Source: Clostridiales bacterium (GTDB lineage Bacteria; Bacillota; Clostridia; Christensenellales; Aristaeellaceae). From it: 64,000 nucleotides of DNA. Positions 9,009 through 18,223 of this stretch are shown in pieces. Both the position numbers and the translations under genes were made by a program. The notes below the pieces were generated by a model. The model searched no databases and was not told the DNA's origin. It saw nothing but the letters and a program-made list of their open reading frames with translations. Positions within the stretch are counted from its first letter, which is position 1. Every line of letters begins with the position of its first letter. The stretch covers positions 263-64,262 of the forward strand of contig SVGY01000014.1 in assembly GCA_015056145.1 (NCBI GenBank), given 5' to 3'.

Positions 9009-9034
9009 AGGATATGCAGCGCAGGGGGAAATGC
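9009..9034 (-). promoter_or_regulatory. possible sigma-E type promoter of spoIIID
   Basis: On the minus strand, GCATTT (9029-9034), a 12-nt spacer, then CATATCCT (9009-9016). This loosely fits the sigma-E -35/-10 consensus. The match is weak. Confidence 0.25.
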
Positions 9035-9060
9035 TTCCCGCAGAATGTGGAAAATGAAAA

Positions 9061-10335
9061 TCAGGCGAGGGTTTTTCCGGCAAGGAGGCCTGATGCAAAG
9101 GCAAACAGCAGGTTGTGACCGCCGCAGTCTCCATCCACGTTGAGGATTTCGCCGGTGAAACGAAGGCCGGGGATCCGCTTGCTTTCCATGGTTTCCGGGG
9201 ATATTTCGCCGGCGCAGATGCCTCCGGCAGTGACCTGTGCCGCCTCAAAACCCTTGACACCGGTAACGGTGAGACGGAAGGATTCGATGGCGTTGGCCAG
9301 CTGCTGCCGCTGGTCCGGGCTCAGAGCGGAGGCGTAACTGTCAAAGCCGCTCAGGCCGGCCTGAAGGAGAACGGCGTTTTGCAGGGCGGGCACCGCCGTT
9401 CCCTGAAGGAAGCGGGAAAGCGGCGAATTCCCCCGCTGCTGGATACGCTGGGCGATCCACTGGGACAGCGGCGTTTTCGGATGGCCGGTAAGGCTTTCCG
9501 TCAGATTGATAAAGAGAGTGCAGCCCTCATGGGCAAAACGGGCCAGCTGCATGGCGGCAATGCCGCTGACACCCTCGGCGGTGAAAAGGGCTTCTCCGCT
9601 GGATTGGTGCAGGGTCTCGCCGCTTTTGGAAGCAAGGCGCAGCCCGGCTTTGACCCGAATGCCATCCAGCCCTTGAATGGGCTTTGCTTCTGTAAGCAGC
9701 GGGCAGAGGGCGGGCCGGGGCGTGATCAGGCTGTGGCCAAGAGCTTCGGCCAGGGCGTAAGCGCTGCCGTCGGTACCGTGGGCCGGAGCAGCTTTGCCGC
9801 CCGCTGCAAGGATCACACGCTCTGCGGTAAACTGTACCTCCCGCTTGGACAACAATTCGCCCTTTTTTTCCTTTCCGCTTTTTTTTCGGGCGGAAGGGGC
9901 GTAGAGGCTTTCTGTGGCTTTTACGCAAAACACGCCGTTTTTAGGCTGGATGGAAGTAACTTCCATATTCTGGAGTATATCCACCTTCAGCTCCTTCATG
10001 CGGCTGAGAAATGCATCCACCGCCACGGATGCCATATAGCTGGAGGGATAGACCCGTCCTTCTCCGTCGCTGGTAAGGCTGAGGCCAAGGCCTGTCAGGA
10101 ATTCTTTCACCGAGGCGGGCGGCATGAGGGAAAGCACTTCATGGGCAAAGGAACGGTCGCCGAAAAAAACCGGCTCACCCAAATTCATCAGGTTTCCACG
10201 ACCATTGCCGGTTACGCCCAGTTTTTTCAGAGGCTTTCGGTTTTTATCCAGCACCGTGACGCTGTGCCCTGCCTCTGCTGCGGCGATGGCGGCGGCAGCG
10301 CCGGAGGCTCCGCAGCCGATAATGAGTACCTGCAT
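9061..10335 (-). CDS. NAD(P)/FAD-dependent oxidoreductase, HI0933/BaiN-like family
   Basis: 424 aa. N-terminal dinucleotide fold VLIIGCGASGAAAAIAAAEAG. The GNGRGNLMN motif typical of the HI0933 family is present. Confidence 0.8.
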   Translation of the reverse strand: MQVLIIGCGASGAAAAIAAAEAGHSVTVLDKNRKPLKKLGVTGNGRGNLMNLGEPVFFGDRSFAHEVLSLMPPASVKEFLTGLGLSLTSDGEGRVYPSSYMASVAVDAFLSRMKELKVDILQNMEVTSIQPKNGVFCVKATESLYAPSARKKSGKEKKGELLSKREVQFTAERVILAAGGKAAPAHGTDGSAYALAEALGHSLITPRPALCPLLTEAKPIQGLDGIRVKAGLRLASKSGETLHQSSGEALFTAEGVSGIAAMQLARFAHEGCTLFINLTESLTGHPKTPLSQWIAQRIQQRGNSPLSRFLQGTAVPALQNAVLLQAGLSGFDSYASALSPDQRQQLANAIESFRLTVTGVKGFEAAQVTAGGICAGEISPETMESKRIPGLRFTGEILNVDGDCGGHNLLFAFASGLLAGKTLA

Positions 10336-10886
10336 CAGAATTTCCTCATTTCGTCGATGAGATCCTGTTCGTTGTAAAGGGCTTCCAGCATGTCGTCATT
10401 CTGCACCAGCCGCTCGCCAACGCTGCACACAGCTTCTACAAAATCCCGGTCCATGGCGCTGAGGCCGCCCTCGTCGGGAAGGGGACAGCAGGCCCAGCTG
10501 CGGGGATCGATTTCCGGGATGATCTCCATATGCTGACCATCTTCCAGCATATTGAGCCGGATGCGCAGGGGAAACAGACGGCAGGCCAGCGGACGGTGCT
10601 CCCGCAGGCAGCTGCCCTTGCACACCAGCCGCTTGCCGCCCTTGAAGAGAGAATCGTCGGGCACGAGGTGAAAATCGAAGCCCGGGATCGGTTTTTTGTA
10701 GAACCATTCCTCGTAGGGGAAAAGCAGCATGCCGTTTTCGCCGCTTTCATCGCTCTGGCAGCAGGCTGCGCCGCAGCATTCGCCGCAGTTTGTTTTGAGG
10801 GGGGTGAGGTCACCGAGGATTTCATAGGCATCCCGCAGGGCACGCAGGGCTGCAGGGCGGGAGAATAAAGGCATGAAAAAGGACAT
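10335..10886 (-). CDS. YkgJ-type cysteine-cluster protein (CxxCxxCC)
   Basis: ORF trimmed to the ATG at 10886, which has a GGAGG SD. CGECCGAACC motif plus further Cys residues. Its stop overlaps the start of the downstream gene. Confidence 0.6.
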   Translation of the reverse strand: MSFFMPLFSRPAALRALRDAYEILGDLTPLKTNCGECCGAACCQSDESGENGMLLFPYEEWFYKKPIPGFDFHLVPDDSLFKGGKRLVCKGSCLREHRPLACRLFPLRIRLNMLEDGQHMEIIPEIDPRSWACCPLPDEGGLSAMDRDFVEAVCSVGERLVQNDDMLEALYNEQDLIDEMRKF

Positions 10887-10980
10887 AAGAACGCCTCCAT
10901 AACAGGATGAAACTATCTTATCAGGAAAAGCGGCGGTTGGCAAGGCGGCAAAGGCATGCTATACTTGCAAAAAAGGAGGG

Positions 10981-11865
10981 ATGCATGTGCCGGAATTGAT
11001 TTGGACGGTACCGGCGGATATAGACGGAAAACTGGTGCGTCAGGCGGCTATGGGCGGCATGGGTCTTTCCTATGGCCTGTTTAAGCGGGCCAAATTCCAC
11101 GGCTTGATAGAGCTGGACGGGCAAACCGTCCGTGCGGATGAAAAGGTGCACGCTGGTCAGAGGCTGCGCATAGTCATCCCCGAAAAGGAAAACACCCTGC
11201 CGGAAAAAATCTCTCTGCCCCTGAAGGTCGCTTATGAGGACGAACATTTGCTGATGGTGGACAAACCTGCACCCCTTCCTTCGGCTTCTTCCCCCAGAAA
11301 GGAACAGCCCACTCTGGAAAATGCGGTGTTCGTTTATCTGGGCTGCCCCGGGGACTTCGTCTACCGGCCCGTGAACCGGCTGGATAAGGGCACCAGCGGG
11401 CTGATGATGGTGGCTAAAACCGCTTACGGGCAGCACCTGATGCAAAAACTGCTGCACACGGATTTTTTCATCCGTGAATACCTTGCCGTAACGGAAGGCA
11501 CTTTGCCCGAAACGGAAGGGGTCATTGATCTGCCCATTGCCAAGGTGGAAGGCGCAACTGTGAAAAGAACCGTTTCCCCGGAAGGAAAGGTGGCCCGGAC
11601 GCATTTCCGGGTGCTGGAGGAAAGCCGGGGGCGCAGCATTATCCGCCTCAGGCTGGAAACCGGGCGCACGCATCAGATTCGGGTGCACCTGAGCGCCTCA
11701 GGGTGCCCCATATGCGGCGACTTTCTCTACGGTACAGAACTTGCGCAGCTGCAGGGCCGTTTTGCGCTGCACAGCACGCTGTGCCGGTTCCGTCATCCTG
11801 TGAGCGGCCAGTGGGTAGAGAGGGAAAGCCCGCTGCCGGAAGAGCTTTTGGCACTTGTAAAATAA
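10981..11865 (+). CDS. RluA family pseudouridine synthase with S4-like N-terminal domain
   Basis: Catalytic motif RLDKGTSGLMMVAKT and C-terminal GRTHQIRVHL. The true start may be the in-frame GTG at 10987, which is better spaced from the AGGAGGG SD. Confidence 0.85.
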   Translation: MHVPELIWTVPADIDGKLVRQAAMGGMGLSYGLFKRAKFHGLIELDGQTVRADEKVHAGQRLRIVIPEKENTLPEKISLPLKVAYEDEHLLMVDKPAPLPSASSPRKEQPTLENAVFVYLGCPGDFVYRPVNRLDKGTSGLMMVAKTAYGQHLMQKLLHTDFFIREYLAVTEGTLPETEGVIDLPIAKVEGATVKRTVSPEGKVARTHFRVLEESRGRSIIRLRLETGRTHQIRVHLSASGCPICGDFLYGTELAQLQGRFALHSTLCRFRHPVSGQWVERESPLPEELLALVK

Positions 11866-11899
11866 CTGGAAACATTTTTGAGGAAAGCCTATTTCCGTC

Positions 11900-11928
11900 T
11901 TGACAGCCAATGACGGCTTTGTTATTCT
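11900..11928 (+). promoter_or_regulatory. candidate sigma-A promoter of the L,D-transpeptidase gene
   Basis: TTGACA at 11900-11905, 17-nt spacer, TATTCT at 11923-11928. This leaves a leader of roughly 165 nt. Confidence 0.4.
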
Positions 11929-12095
11929 TGCATAGAATCCTGATGAATTGGGAAAGTTTGGAAACAAAAAACGGTTTTGTTTCATTCGGTGAATGAAATG
12001 ACCGGGATGAAACGTCTATCATTATGAAGCGCCGGAGGCAGAACCTGCCCATGGCGGCTGAAGATGAAACAACGGAAAGTAACGGAGGAACAGCG

Positions 12096-13280
12096 ATGAA
12101 AAAGTACGTCCGATGCCTTGCGGCAATCCTATGTGCAGTGATGTGCATTGTTGCTTCGCCCCGGACGGCCATGGGAAAAACCGTTGCGGAATGGCTGGAA
12201 GGCTATGATACGGGAGCTATCTGGTTCGGCGAGGATTTTGCCTATGATATCACTGATGAGGAAGCCTGCTGGGAGCTCCTGATGAGGCCTATCGTGGTGC
12301 TGGATGCCGGCCAGACGGAGGCCATTGCCCCCCGCAAGACACCCGGCGGCGAAAAGGTGAACACGGACAAGCTGGGCGGTACCATCAACGGTGCATCCGC
12401 CGCAGTGCATGTGCTGGGCGAGGATGAGGACGGCTGGACGCTGATTGAAGGCGTGGACTACTACAACCGCATCATTCGGGGCTATGTGAAGACCAGCCTG
12501 CTTAAAACCGTGACCCCCAGCAACGAGATGGGCATTATCATCGACAAACTGACCCAGCAAATGTATGTATTTGTGGATGGCAAGCTTTTTTCCAGCTGCG
12601 CCGTATCCACCGGCCTTGCCAACGACGAGCAACCCTACAACGAAACGGCAGCAGGCGAATACCTGATGGTCAGCCGTGTGGGCGATTTTGACAGCGAGGG
12701 CATGATTTGCGCCCGGGCCATCCGTTTCAATGGCGGCGATATGATCCACGAGGTGCCCTACACTGTCCTGGCAGATGGTACCAAGCGCTACAGCAAATGG
12801 GAAGCCCTGCTGGGCAGCAAGGCCAGCCACGGCTGTATCCGCACCGCCCGCATTGCCAATGAGGACGGCCTGAATGAAAAATGGGTATGGGATCATTACA
12901 AGTACGGCACCAAAGTGGTCATCTGGGATGATTACGGCCGCAGCATGCCCTACCCCGAAGACAGCCTGAAACTGTACTACAACCCCAATGGCGGAAGCTA
13001 CTACCATGCCATAGAGGATTGTACCTCTGTGCGGGAGCGTTACCTGCCTCTGACCGCCTTTACCTACGGCGAGCTGGACACCGCTCCCTTCAGCAAGCTG
13101 GAAAGCTGCTCCGCCTGTTCGCCGGTAAAACGCAAAGCGGTGATTGATGAAGAGAACGCCGCACGAGGCGTGGAGACGCCCAACAAGCCTGAAGGGACGA
13201 CCGTTCCCACCGAAACCCCTGCGTCCGATTCCAATGGAGAAGGCGGAGAGACAGAAGTGACGATTACCTTTATTGATTGA
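12096..13280 (+). CDS. L,D-transpeptidase family protein (YkuD domain), secreted
   Basis: ATG 12096 has a GGAGGA SD. Signal peptide MKKYVRCLAAILCAVMCIVASPRTAMG. Catalytic motif SHGCIRT. Confidence 0.8.
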   Translation: MKKYVRCLAAILCAVMCIVASPRTAMGKTVAEWLEGYDTGAIWFGEDFAYDITDEEACWELLMRPIVVLDAGQTEAIAPRKTPGGEKVNTDKLGGTINGASAAVHVLGEDEDGWTLIEGVDYYNRIIRGYVKTSLLKTVTPSNEMGIIIDKLTQQMYVFVDGKLFSSCAVSTGLANDEQPYNETAAGEYLMVSRVGDFDSEGMICARAIRFNGGDMIHEVPYTVLADGTKRYSKWEALLGSKASHGCIRTARIANEDGLNEKWVWDHYKYGTKVVIWDDYGRSMPYPEDSLKLYYNPNGGSYYHAIEDCTSVRERYLPLTAFTYGELDTAPFSKLESCSACSPVKRKAVIDEENAARGVETPNKPEGTTVPTETPASDSNGEGGETEVTITFID

Positions 13281-13304
13281 GCTGTCCTCAATTCTGAAAA
13301 ATGA

Positions 13305-13349
13305 AAAAACCGATTTCTTCCCAAAGTTGTGGAGGAAATCGGTTTTTTT
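13305..13349. terminator. bidirectional Rho-independent terminator
   Basis: Stem AAACCGATTTCTTCC / GGAGGAAATCGGTTT with A-run and T-run flanks. It lies between convergent genes. Confidence 0.8.
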
Positions 13350-13350
13350 G

Positions 13351-14964
13351 TCAGTGGAAAAAGGCGCAGAATTGCAGGTTGTTGCCCTTGTACAGCTTCA
13401 GATCAATCCATCTGCGTATGAGGATACTCCTGAGAATGACGGACATGCCGGTATAGTAATCCAGATCCTCTTTCAGCCATGGATTGAAGTAGGAAGCAAG
13501 GATTTTTCTGGCTTGATGGATGTATTTTCCAACGGCTTCCTTCAGGGTGGCATATTCTAAAGAAGATTTGATTTTTTCGTCCAGAGATTCACGGCTGTTT
13601 TCAGGAAAACGGATGGCGTTTACTGCGTAGCTGCCATCGTTACGCTCAATAACAAACCGCCTGCTCAGGAGAACAGAAAGATCGTCGTTACCATTTGCTG
13701 TGGGATGAATGTCACTTCCTTCTGCCACGCTTTGGAGGGTGCTGTGGAGGTAGCCGTCCGGCACATCCGTGGAATGGCGGGATACGGTCAGCGGATTTTC
13801 ATCCGAAGGAAAGGATTGAAAGCCTTCCCAACGCAATCCCCGCCAATTGGAACAATTGTTGCTCAGCGGAATGGGGATGACGGGATAACGGGCACCGTGT
13901 TCGTGCCCCATGAATCCCCAGTTTCCACCGTCTGCACGGCGGAACTTGATGAAAACCTCCGGAGGCAGACAGGCGTTTTCCAGCTGCTGGGAAAAATACA
14001 GAGCAAAGAACATTTGGGCATCGCTGTTGGAATAAGCGCTGGTATCGATTCCGCATTCCGGCGAAAGGTTCAGGGCCATTTTGCCAAGATGCCAGAATTC
14101 CTGGACATATCTGTCGGCGATATTGCATTTTAGCCTTGCAATTTCGTCCTGACATTGCTTGGGGGAGATGAAAAAACCGGGGATATACCTGCCGTTGTCC
14201 AGCTTTTTCAACAGCTCGCTTTTGAGAAGAATACTTACTTCTTCTTCCATATAGGGCATGGCCACGCCCAGTTCCAAAGCCAGCTCTTCCAGGGTGCAGG
14301 GATTATTGCTGGCATGCAACAGGATGTTTACGGGAATCTTGCGCTGTACGGCACTGAAAGGTAAGCCGCTGGGCTGATAGCCGGAAGAAGAAAAACCGAA
14401 CGCTTCCGGTTGATAACTGCGTCTGCCGAATTCACGGGCCATTTCCATACCTTCTTTCAATTGTTTTCTGGCTCTGTGGAGCTTTGTCATGACTGTGCCG
14501 GGCGGAAGGGACAACTGGTCGGCAATATCTTTTATCCGTTTCTTTTCCAGATAATAGGCAGCAAGAACGCTGCGGTAATCCGATGAGATAAAGGCCAGCT
14601 CCCGACGCATCAGAGCCGCCTGTTCCCTGTGGAGGTGACTTGCCTCTGTATCTGCGGCAGGATCCGGGATGTCCAGCTGAGCAAGATCTCCGCTGCTCAG
14701 AATGGTACGCCGGTGTTTTTGCTGCGCCCATGCGCAATAACGGTTATGGGCTATTTTCCATACCCAGGCTGAAAAGTGTGAGGGACGGGTTCCCTTGTTA
14801 AGCGACAGGAGGACATTCAGCGAAATATCCGAGGACAGTTCTTCTGCTTCCTGTGGATTTCCCGTTTTTTTCAGGCAGAAATAGAATACTTTTTCCATGT
14901 ATTCAGTGGCATAGAGATGGAACAGACGGTTTTCCGGGGACGGGCATTCTGCCATGGCTGTCAA
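13351..14964 (-). CDS. sigma-70 family (ECF-like) RNA polymerase sigma factor with ~350-aa C-terminal extension
   Basis: Region 2 (FSAWVWKIAHNRYCAW) and region 4 HTH (IKDIADQLSLPPGTVMTKLHRARKQL) lie in the first ~190 aa. The remainder has no motif I recognise. Confidence 0.75.
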   Translation of the reverse strand: MTAMAECPSPENRLFHLYATEYMEKVFYFCLKKTGNPQEAEELSSDISLNVLLSLNKGTRPSHFSAWVWKIAHNRYCAWAQQKHRRTILSSGDLAQLDIPDPAADTEASHLHREQAALMRRELAFISSDYRSVLAAYYLEKKRIKDIADQLSLPPGTVMTKLHRARKQLKEGMEMAREFGRRSYQPEAFGFSSSGYQPSGLPFSAVQRKIPVNILLHASNNPCTLEELALELGVAMPYMEEEVSILLKSELLKKLDNGRYIPGFFISPKQCQDEIARLKCNIADRYVQEFWHLGKMALNLSPECGIDTSAYSNSDAQMFFALYFSQQLENACLPPEVFIKFRRADGGNWGFMGHEHGARYPVIPIPLSNNCSNWRGLRWEGFQSFPSDENPLTVSRHSTDVPDGYLHSTLQSVAEGSDIHPTANGNDDLSVLLSRRFVIERNDGSYAVNAIRFPENSRESLDEKIKSSLEYATLKEAVGKYIHQARKILASYFNPWLKEDLDYYTGMSVILRSILIRRWIDLKLYKGNNLQFCAFFH

Positions 14965-15019
14965 CTCCTTTCACCAAGATAGTACAGGAAAATCTGTTTT
15001 GATTTCATCACAATAAGAA

Positions 15020-15051
15020 AAAAAGCATGCTCAATCGAGAATGCTTTTTTG
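15020..15051 (-). terminator. Rho-independent terminator
   Basis: AAAAAAGCAT ... ATGCTTTTTT hairpin immediately downstream of the stop at 15054. Confidence 0.65.
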
Positions 15052-15053
15052 GA

Positions 15054-15548
15054 TTATTCCACAGTTTCTAAAATAGTCAGGATCTCTTTCACCAGCAGAT
15101 CCGGTGTTTTGCCATCGGTGCGGATCACATGATCCCCTGTCACCGGCGGTTGATGAAGCCAGAAAAAAGAACATTCGCCGGGATCGCCCCTCTTTTTGTG
15201 GCGGGCAGCAAGGGTTTCCTCGGAACAGGTCAGCGTGATGCCGACGATAGAATAATCCTTTGCAGTGATATCCCGAAGGATATTTTTGCGGATTTGCTCG
15301 TCCCCTGCCACCACGGAGGCAAAGATGACATACTCAAAACCGCAGTTCAGATAATTGCTCAGGGCAAAGGACATGGTTTTGTCGCCGCAGCGGAGCCGGG
15401 GATCCTGCAGGGAAAAAGGATTGACGCACCATGCCCCGTCGCCGTCGAAATAGGCGCTGTTGGTACAGGCGTCGAACAGGGCGTTGCCCACGGTGGTTTT
15501 GCCCACACAGGGAGAACCGGAAAGAATGATCAGCTTTTGTTTTTTCAT
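15054..15548 (-). CDS. P-loop NTPase / small-molecule kinase-like protein
   Basis: 164 aa. Walker A motif LSGSPCVGKTT near the N-terminus. Confidence 0.6.
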   Translation of the reverse strand: MKKQKLIILSGSPCVGKTTVGNALFDACTNSAYFDGDGAWCVNPFSLQDPRLRCGDKTMSFALSNYLNCGFEYVIFASVVAGDEQIRKNILRDITAKDYSIVGITLTCSEETLAARHKKRGDPGECSFFWLHQPPVTGDHVIRTDGKTPDLLVKEILTILETVE

Positions 15549-15567
15549 GGATTACCTCTCAGGGGGA

Positions 15568-16482
15568 TCAGGGAAAGACGGCAGTATCGATCATTTCCAT
15601 ATACCCGGCAAAATTTTTGCCAGCCACTTTTTCAATAAGAACCTGCGAAAAACCCCGAGCAGCCATGCGGTCAAAGAGATCCGGCAGCTGGCCGGCGTGG
15701 CGCATTCCGTCCGGGTAGAGCTCGATGCCGTCAAAGTCGCTGCCCAGGCCCACGATGTTTTCGCCGCCAAGATCGCAGATGTATGCGATGTGGTCGATGA
15801 TGTGCTCCAGCGTTGCCTTGCCGGAGGGATGCAAAAAAACGGGGTAGAAATTCACGCCCACGAAGCTGTTCAGGGAAATCAGCCTGCGCAATTGGTGATC
15901 GCTCAGGTTGCGGAAGTGGTCGCAGAGCCGGCGGGCACAGCTGTGGGATGCCATGGGAGGGACGGGGGAATCCATCAGCTCCTCTGCGCCCCGTTCGTTG
16001 AGGTGGGAAATATCAAGGGCCACCTTGCGCCTTTGCAAGCGCCGGGCCATGGCTTTGCCCAGGGGAGTCAGGCCTTCTTTGGATCCGCTTTTGGCAGGGT
16101 GAGCCAGCAGGTTTTCATTGTTCCATACAGGGGCAGCAATCCGCACGCCCATATCCGCAAAGGTGTCCACGCTGGCAGGGTCGCTGCCGAAAGCCTCGCC
16201 GCCTTCGATGGTGAGCAGAGCGTTGGCTACATCCGGCAGAGCTTCGCCGAGGCTGCGGATCTGGTGCCAACCCTGCTGGAGCAGCGCCTGAAAATGCTCA
16301 AGCTCACGCTGTATCAGGCCGGCGTCCTTGCCCCGAAGGCCGTTTCCGCCAACAAAAAGCGCAAGTGCCTGGACACGGGTGTGGCCAGGCAGCAGGAGAC
16401 GTTCGGCGGTTACGTCCAGTTCTTTTTTGTGAGGCATGGCAAAAAGAGTGTCCGCATGGGTGTCGCAAATCAGCATGTGCAT
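15568..16482 (-). CDS. membrane dipeptidase family protein (peptidase M19-like)
   Basis: 304 aa. N-terminal CDTHADT metal-binding-like motif. C-terminal GLGSDFDG motif typical of renal-dipeptidase-like enzymes. Confidence 0.7.
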   Translation of the reverse strand: MHMLICDTHADTLFAMPHKKELDVTAERLLLPGHTRVQALALFVGGNGLRGKDAGLIQRELEHFQALLQQGWHQIRSLGEALPDVANALLTIEGGEAFGSDPASVDTFADMGVRIAAPVWNNENLLAHPAKSGSKEGLTPLGKAMARRLQRRKVALDISHLNERGAEELMDSPVPPMASHSCARRLCDHFRNLSDHQLRRLISLNSFVGVNFYPVFLHPSGKATLEHIIDHIAYICDLGGENIVGLGSDFDGIELYPDGMRHAGQLPDLFDRMAARGFSQVLIEKVAGKNFAGYMEMIDTAVFP

Positions 16483-16516
16483 TCCTCCCTGCCAAGAATA
16501 TGCTTTTGTTTATGGG

Positions 16517-17959
16517 TTATTCCATTTCTCCGTTGCTTTTGGAGGGGGTCAGATCGTATACCACACGGGATACACTGTGAATTTCGCCTAAAATGCGCTC
16601 GGTAACACGCTCCAGCAGGTCAAAGGGCAACCGGGCGGCAACGTTGGTGCGGCCTGCCTGAAGGGCACGGAGGGAAATGCTGTATGCGTCCGGAGCTTCC
16701 GGGCTTCTCAGAAGGACGGCGTAGAACTTGCGCAGGCGGCGGTCAAAGCCGTTTTCGATGATCTCGTCGGTGAAGCATACTTCTGCCTGCCTGAGCACCG
16801 CAAGGCGTTCCTCGGTTACCTCTCCAAAAATACGGGAGGCCAGGCCGGCGGCGGGGAAGGACTGGCGGCCGGAAAAACTGACGGGCAGCTGCAGATCCTG
16901 CGCAAGGCTCCGCACCTCGTCCTTGAAAAGTTTCTTCAGGGGTTCCACCACCGGGTAGGGCAATGGCCGGGCTTCCCCGCCCTCTACGGCGGAGGCGTAG
17001 CCGTCCAGCATTTCGCTGAAGTTGGTGCCCAGCACCACGGCGGTCCGTTGGCCCAGGGAGGCGAGCACGTCCAGGATGATTTCCCGAATAAGAGCGGATA
17101 CAGCCTGATCTTTTTCCGCATCGCCGCAGATGCCTGCAAGGGCGTTGAGGAAACGTTCCCTTGCATCGATATGCACCACGTCAATGCCCATGTATTCACG
17201 GAAATCAGAGATGATGGTTTCCGGCTCGTCCTGATGGAAAAAGCCAGTGTCGATGAAAATGCAGTACAGCCGGTTGCCGGCGGCAAGGCTGGTAAGCCGT
17301 GCGCATACGGCGCTGTCTACGCCTCCGGAAACAGCACAGACCACTTTTTCGCAGCCTTCGGTCTTTTTGCGGATTTCATCCAGTGAGTCGTCGATGAAGG
17401 CATCGGAGTCCCAGTTGGCACGGCAATTGCAAAGCTGCTGAGCAAAATTGCTCAAAAGCTGGGCTCCGTCCGGATCGTGCCGCTCGATGGGGTATTGCAC
17501 GCCGTAATGGCTTTTATCCCGGAGCCGGAAGGCGATGCAGTCCTCATTGGCAAACATGACGGGCTCGGCATTTTCCGGCAGCGTCATGGGGGAATAACCC
17601 TTCAAACGACGCTCGCCGCTGGTGATGGAGTCAAACAGAATATCATCATGGTGGGTCAGTTGTACGGTTTCGGAAACGGAGACGGCATTGCCGGTTTCGC
17701 CTCCGCAGCGCAGGCAAAGCTCTGCCGCAGCCTCTCCAAGGGCAAGCAGTGGGATATCCGATTCAAAAAAGGCGGGATCCAGCTGGTTCATGGTTTCGCG
17801 GCCCACCAGAACAAAGCCTCTGGGATTGCATTCCATGGCCTGGGCGTAGCTAATGGAGGCGGGCTGAATGGTGCTGTACAGTTGCCGCCAGCGGAAGGTG
17901 TGGGCAACCAGCGCTGCCGCAGAGGGTTCCTGACTCAGAATAAGGATTGTATCCTGCAT
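16517..17959 (-). CDS. GMP synthase-like ATP pyrophosphatase with degenerate N-terminal glutaminase domain
   Basis: ATG 17959 has a GGAGG SD. PP-loop SGGVDSAV (about 17306-17329). GuaA-like C-terminus RVVYDLT. The GATase-like N-terminus lacks the GICYG nucleophile context. Confidence 0.75.
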   Translation of the reverse strand: MQDTILILSQEPSAAALVAHTFRWRQLYSTIQPASISYAQAMECNPRGFVLVGRETMNQLDPAFFESDIPLLALGEAAAELCLRCGGETGNAVSVSETVQLTHHDDILFDSITSGERRLKGYSPMTLPENAEPVMFANEDCIAFRLRDKSHYGVQYPIERHDPDGAQLLSNFAQQLCNCRANWDSDAFIDDSLDEIRKKTEGCEKVVCAVSGGVDSAVCARLTSLAAGNRLYCIFIDTGFFHQDEPETIISDFREYMGIDVVHIDARERFLNALAGICGDAEKDQAVSALIREIILDVLASLGQRTAVVLGTNFSEMLDGYASAVEGGEARPLPYPVVEPLKKLFKDEVRSLAQDLQLPVSFSGRQSFPAAGLASRIFGEVTEERLAVLRQAEVCFTDEIIENGFDRRLRKFYAVLLRSPEAPDAYSISLRALQAGRTNVAARLPFDLLERVTERILGEIHSVSRVVYDLTPSKSNGEME

Positions 17960-18223
17960 GATGTTGCGCCTCCGGAATGGCAAAATGGGGTAATAAGTGT
18001 TACATTCGTCAGGCAAGGCCCTGTTTCCTGCTTTTTTTCTGACTTTGCCCGCAGGAGGGAGAAATAAATTCGGTCTTGTGGTCTTTTGAGATTGTTGGTA
18101 TAATGTATTTTGGTATATGCATGCGAATGTAAGACCATCCTACCTATGAATAACCGTTGCAGGCCGCCGGATGCGGCGCACCTGCCTGTGAAATGAGCAA
18201 CCAAGGATAAGGAGTGCGGAAAC

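Noticed and set aside
9115-10377. 420-aa plus-strand ORF
   Set aside because: It is antisense to the FAD-dependent oxidoreductase, whose dinucleotide-binding motif is on the minus strand.
15460-16605. 381-aa plus-strand ORF
   Set aside because: It is antisense to the dipeptidase and P-loop genes. No SD or motif.
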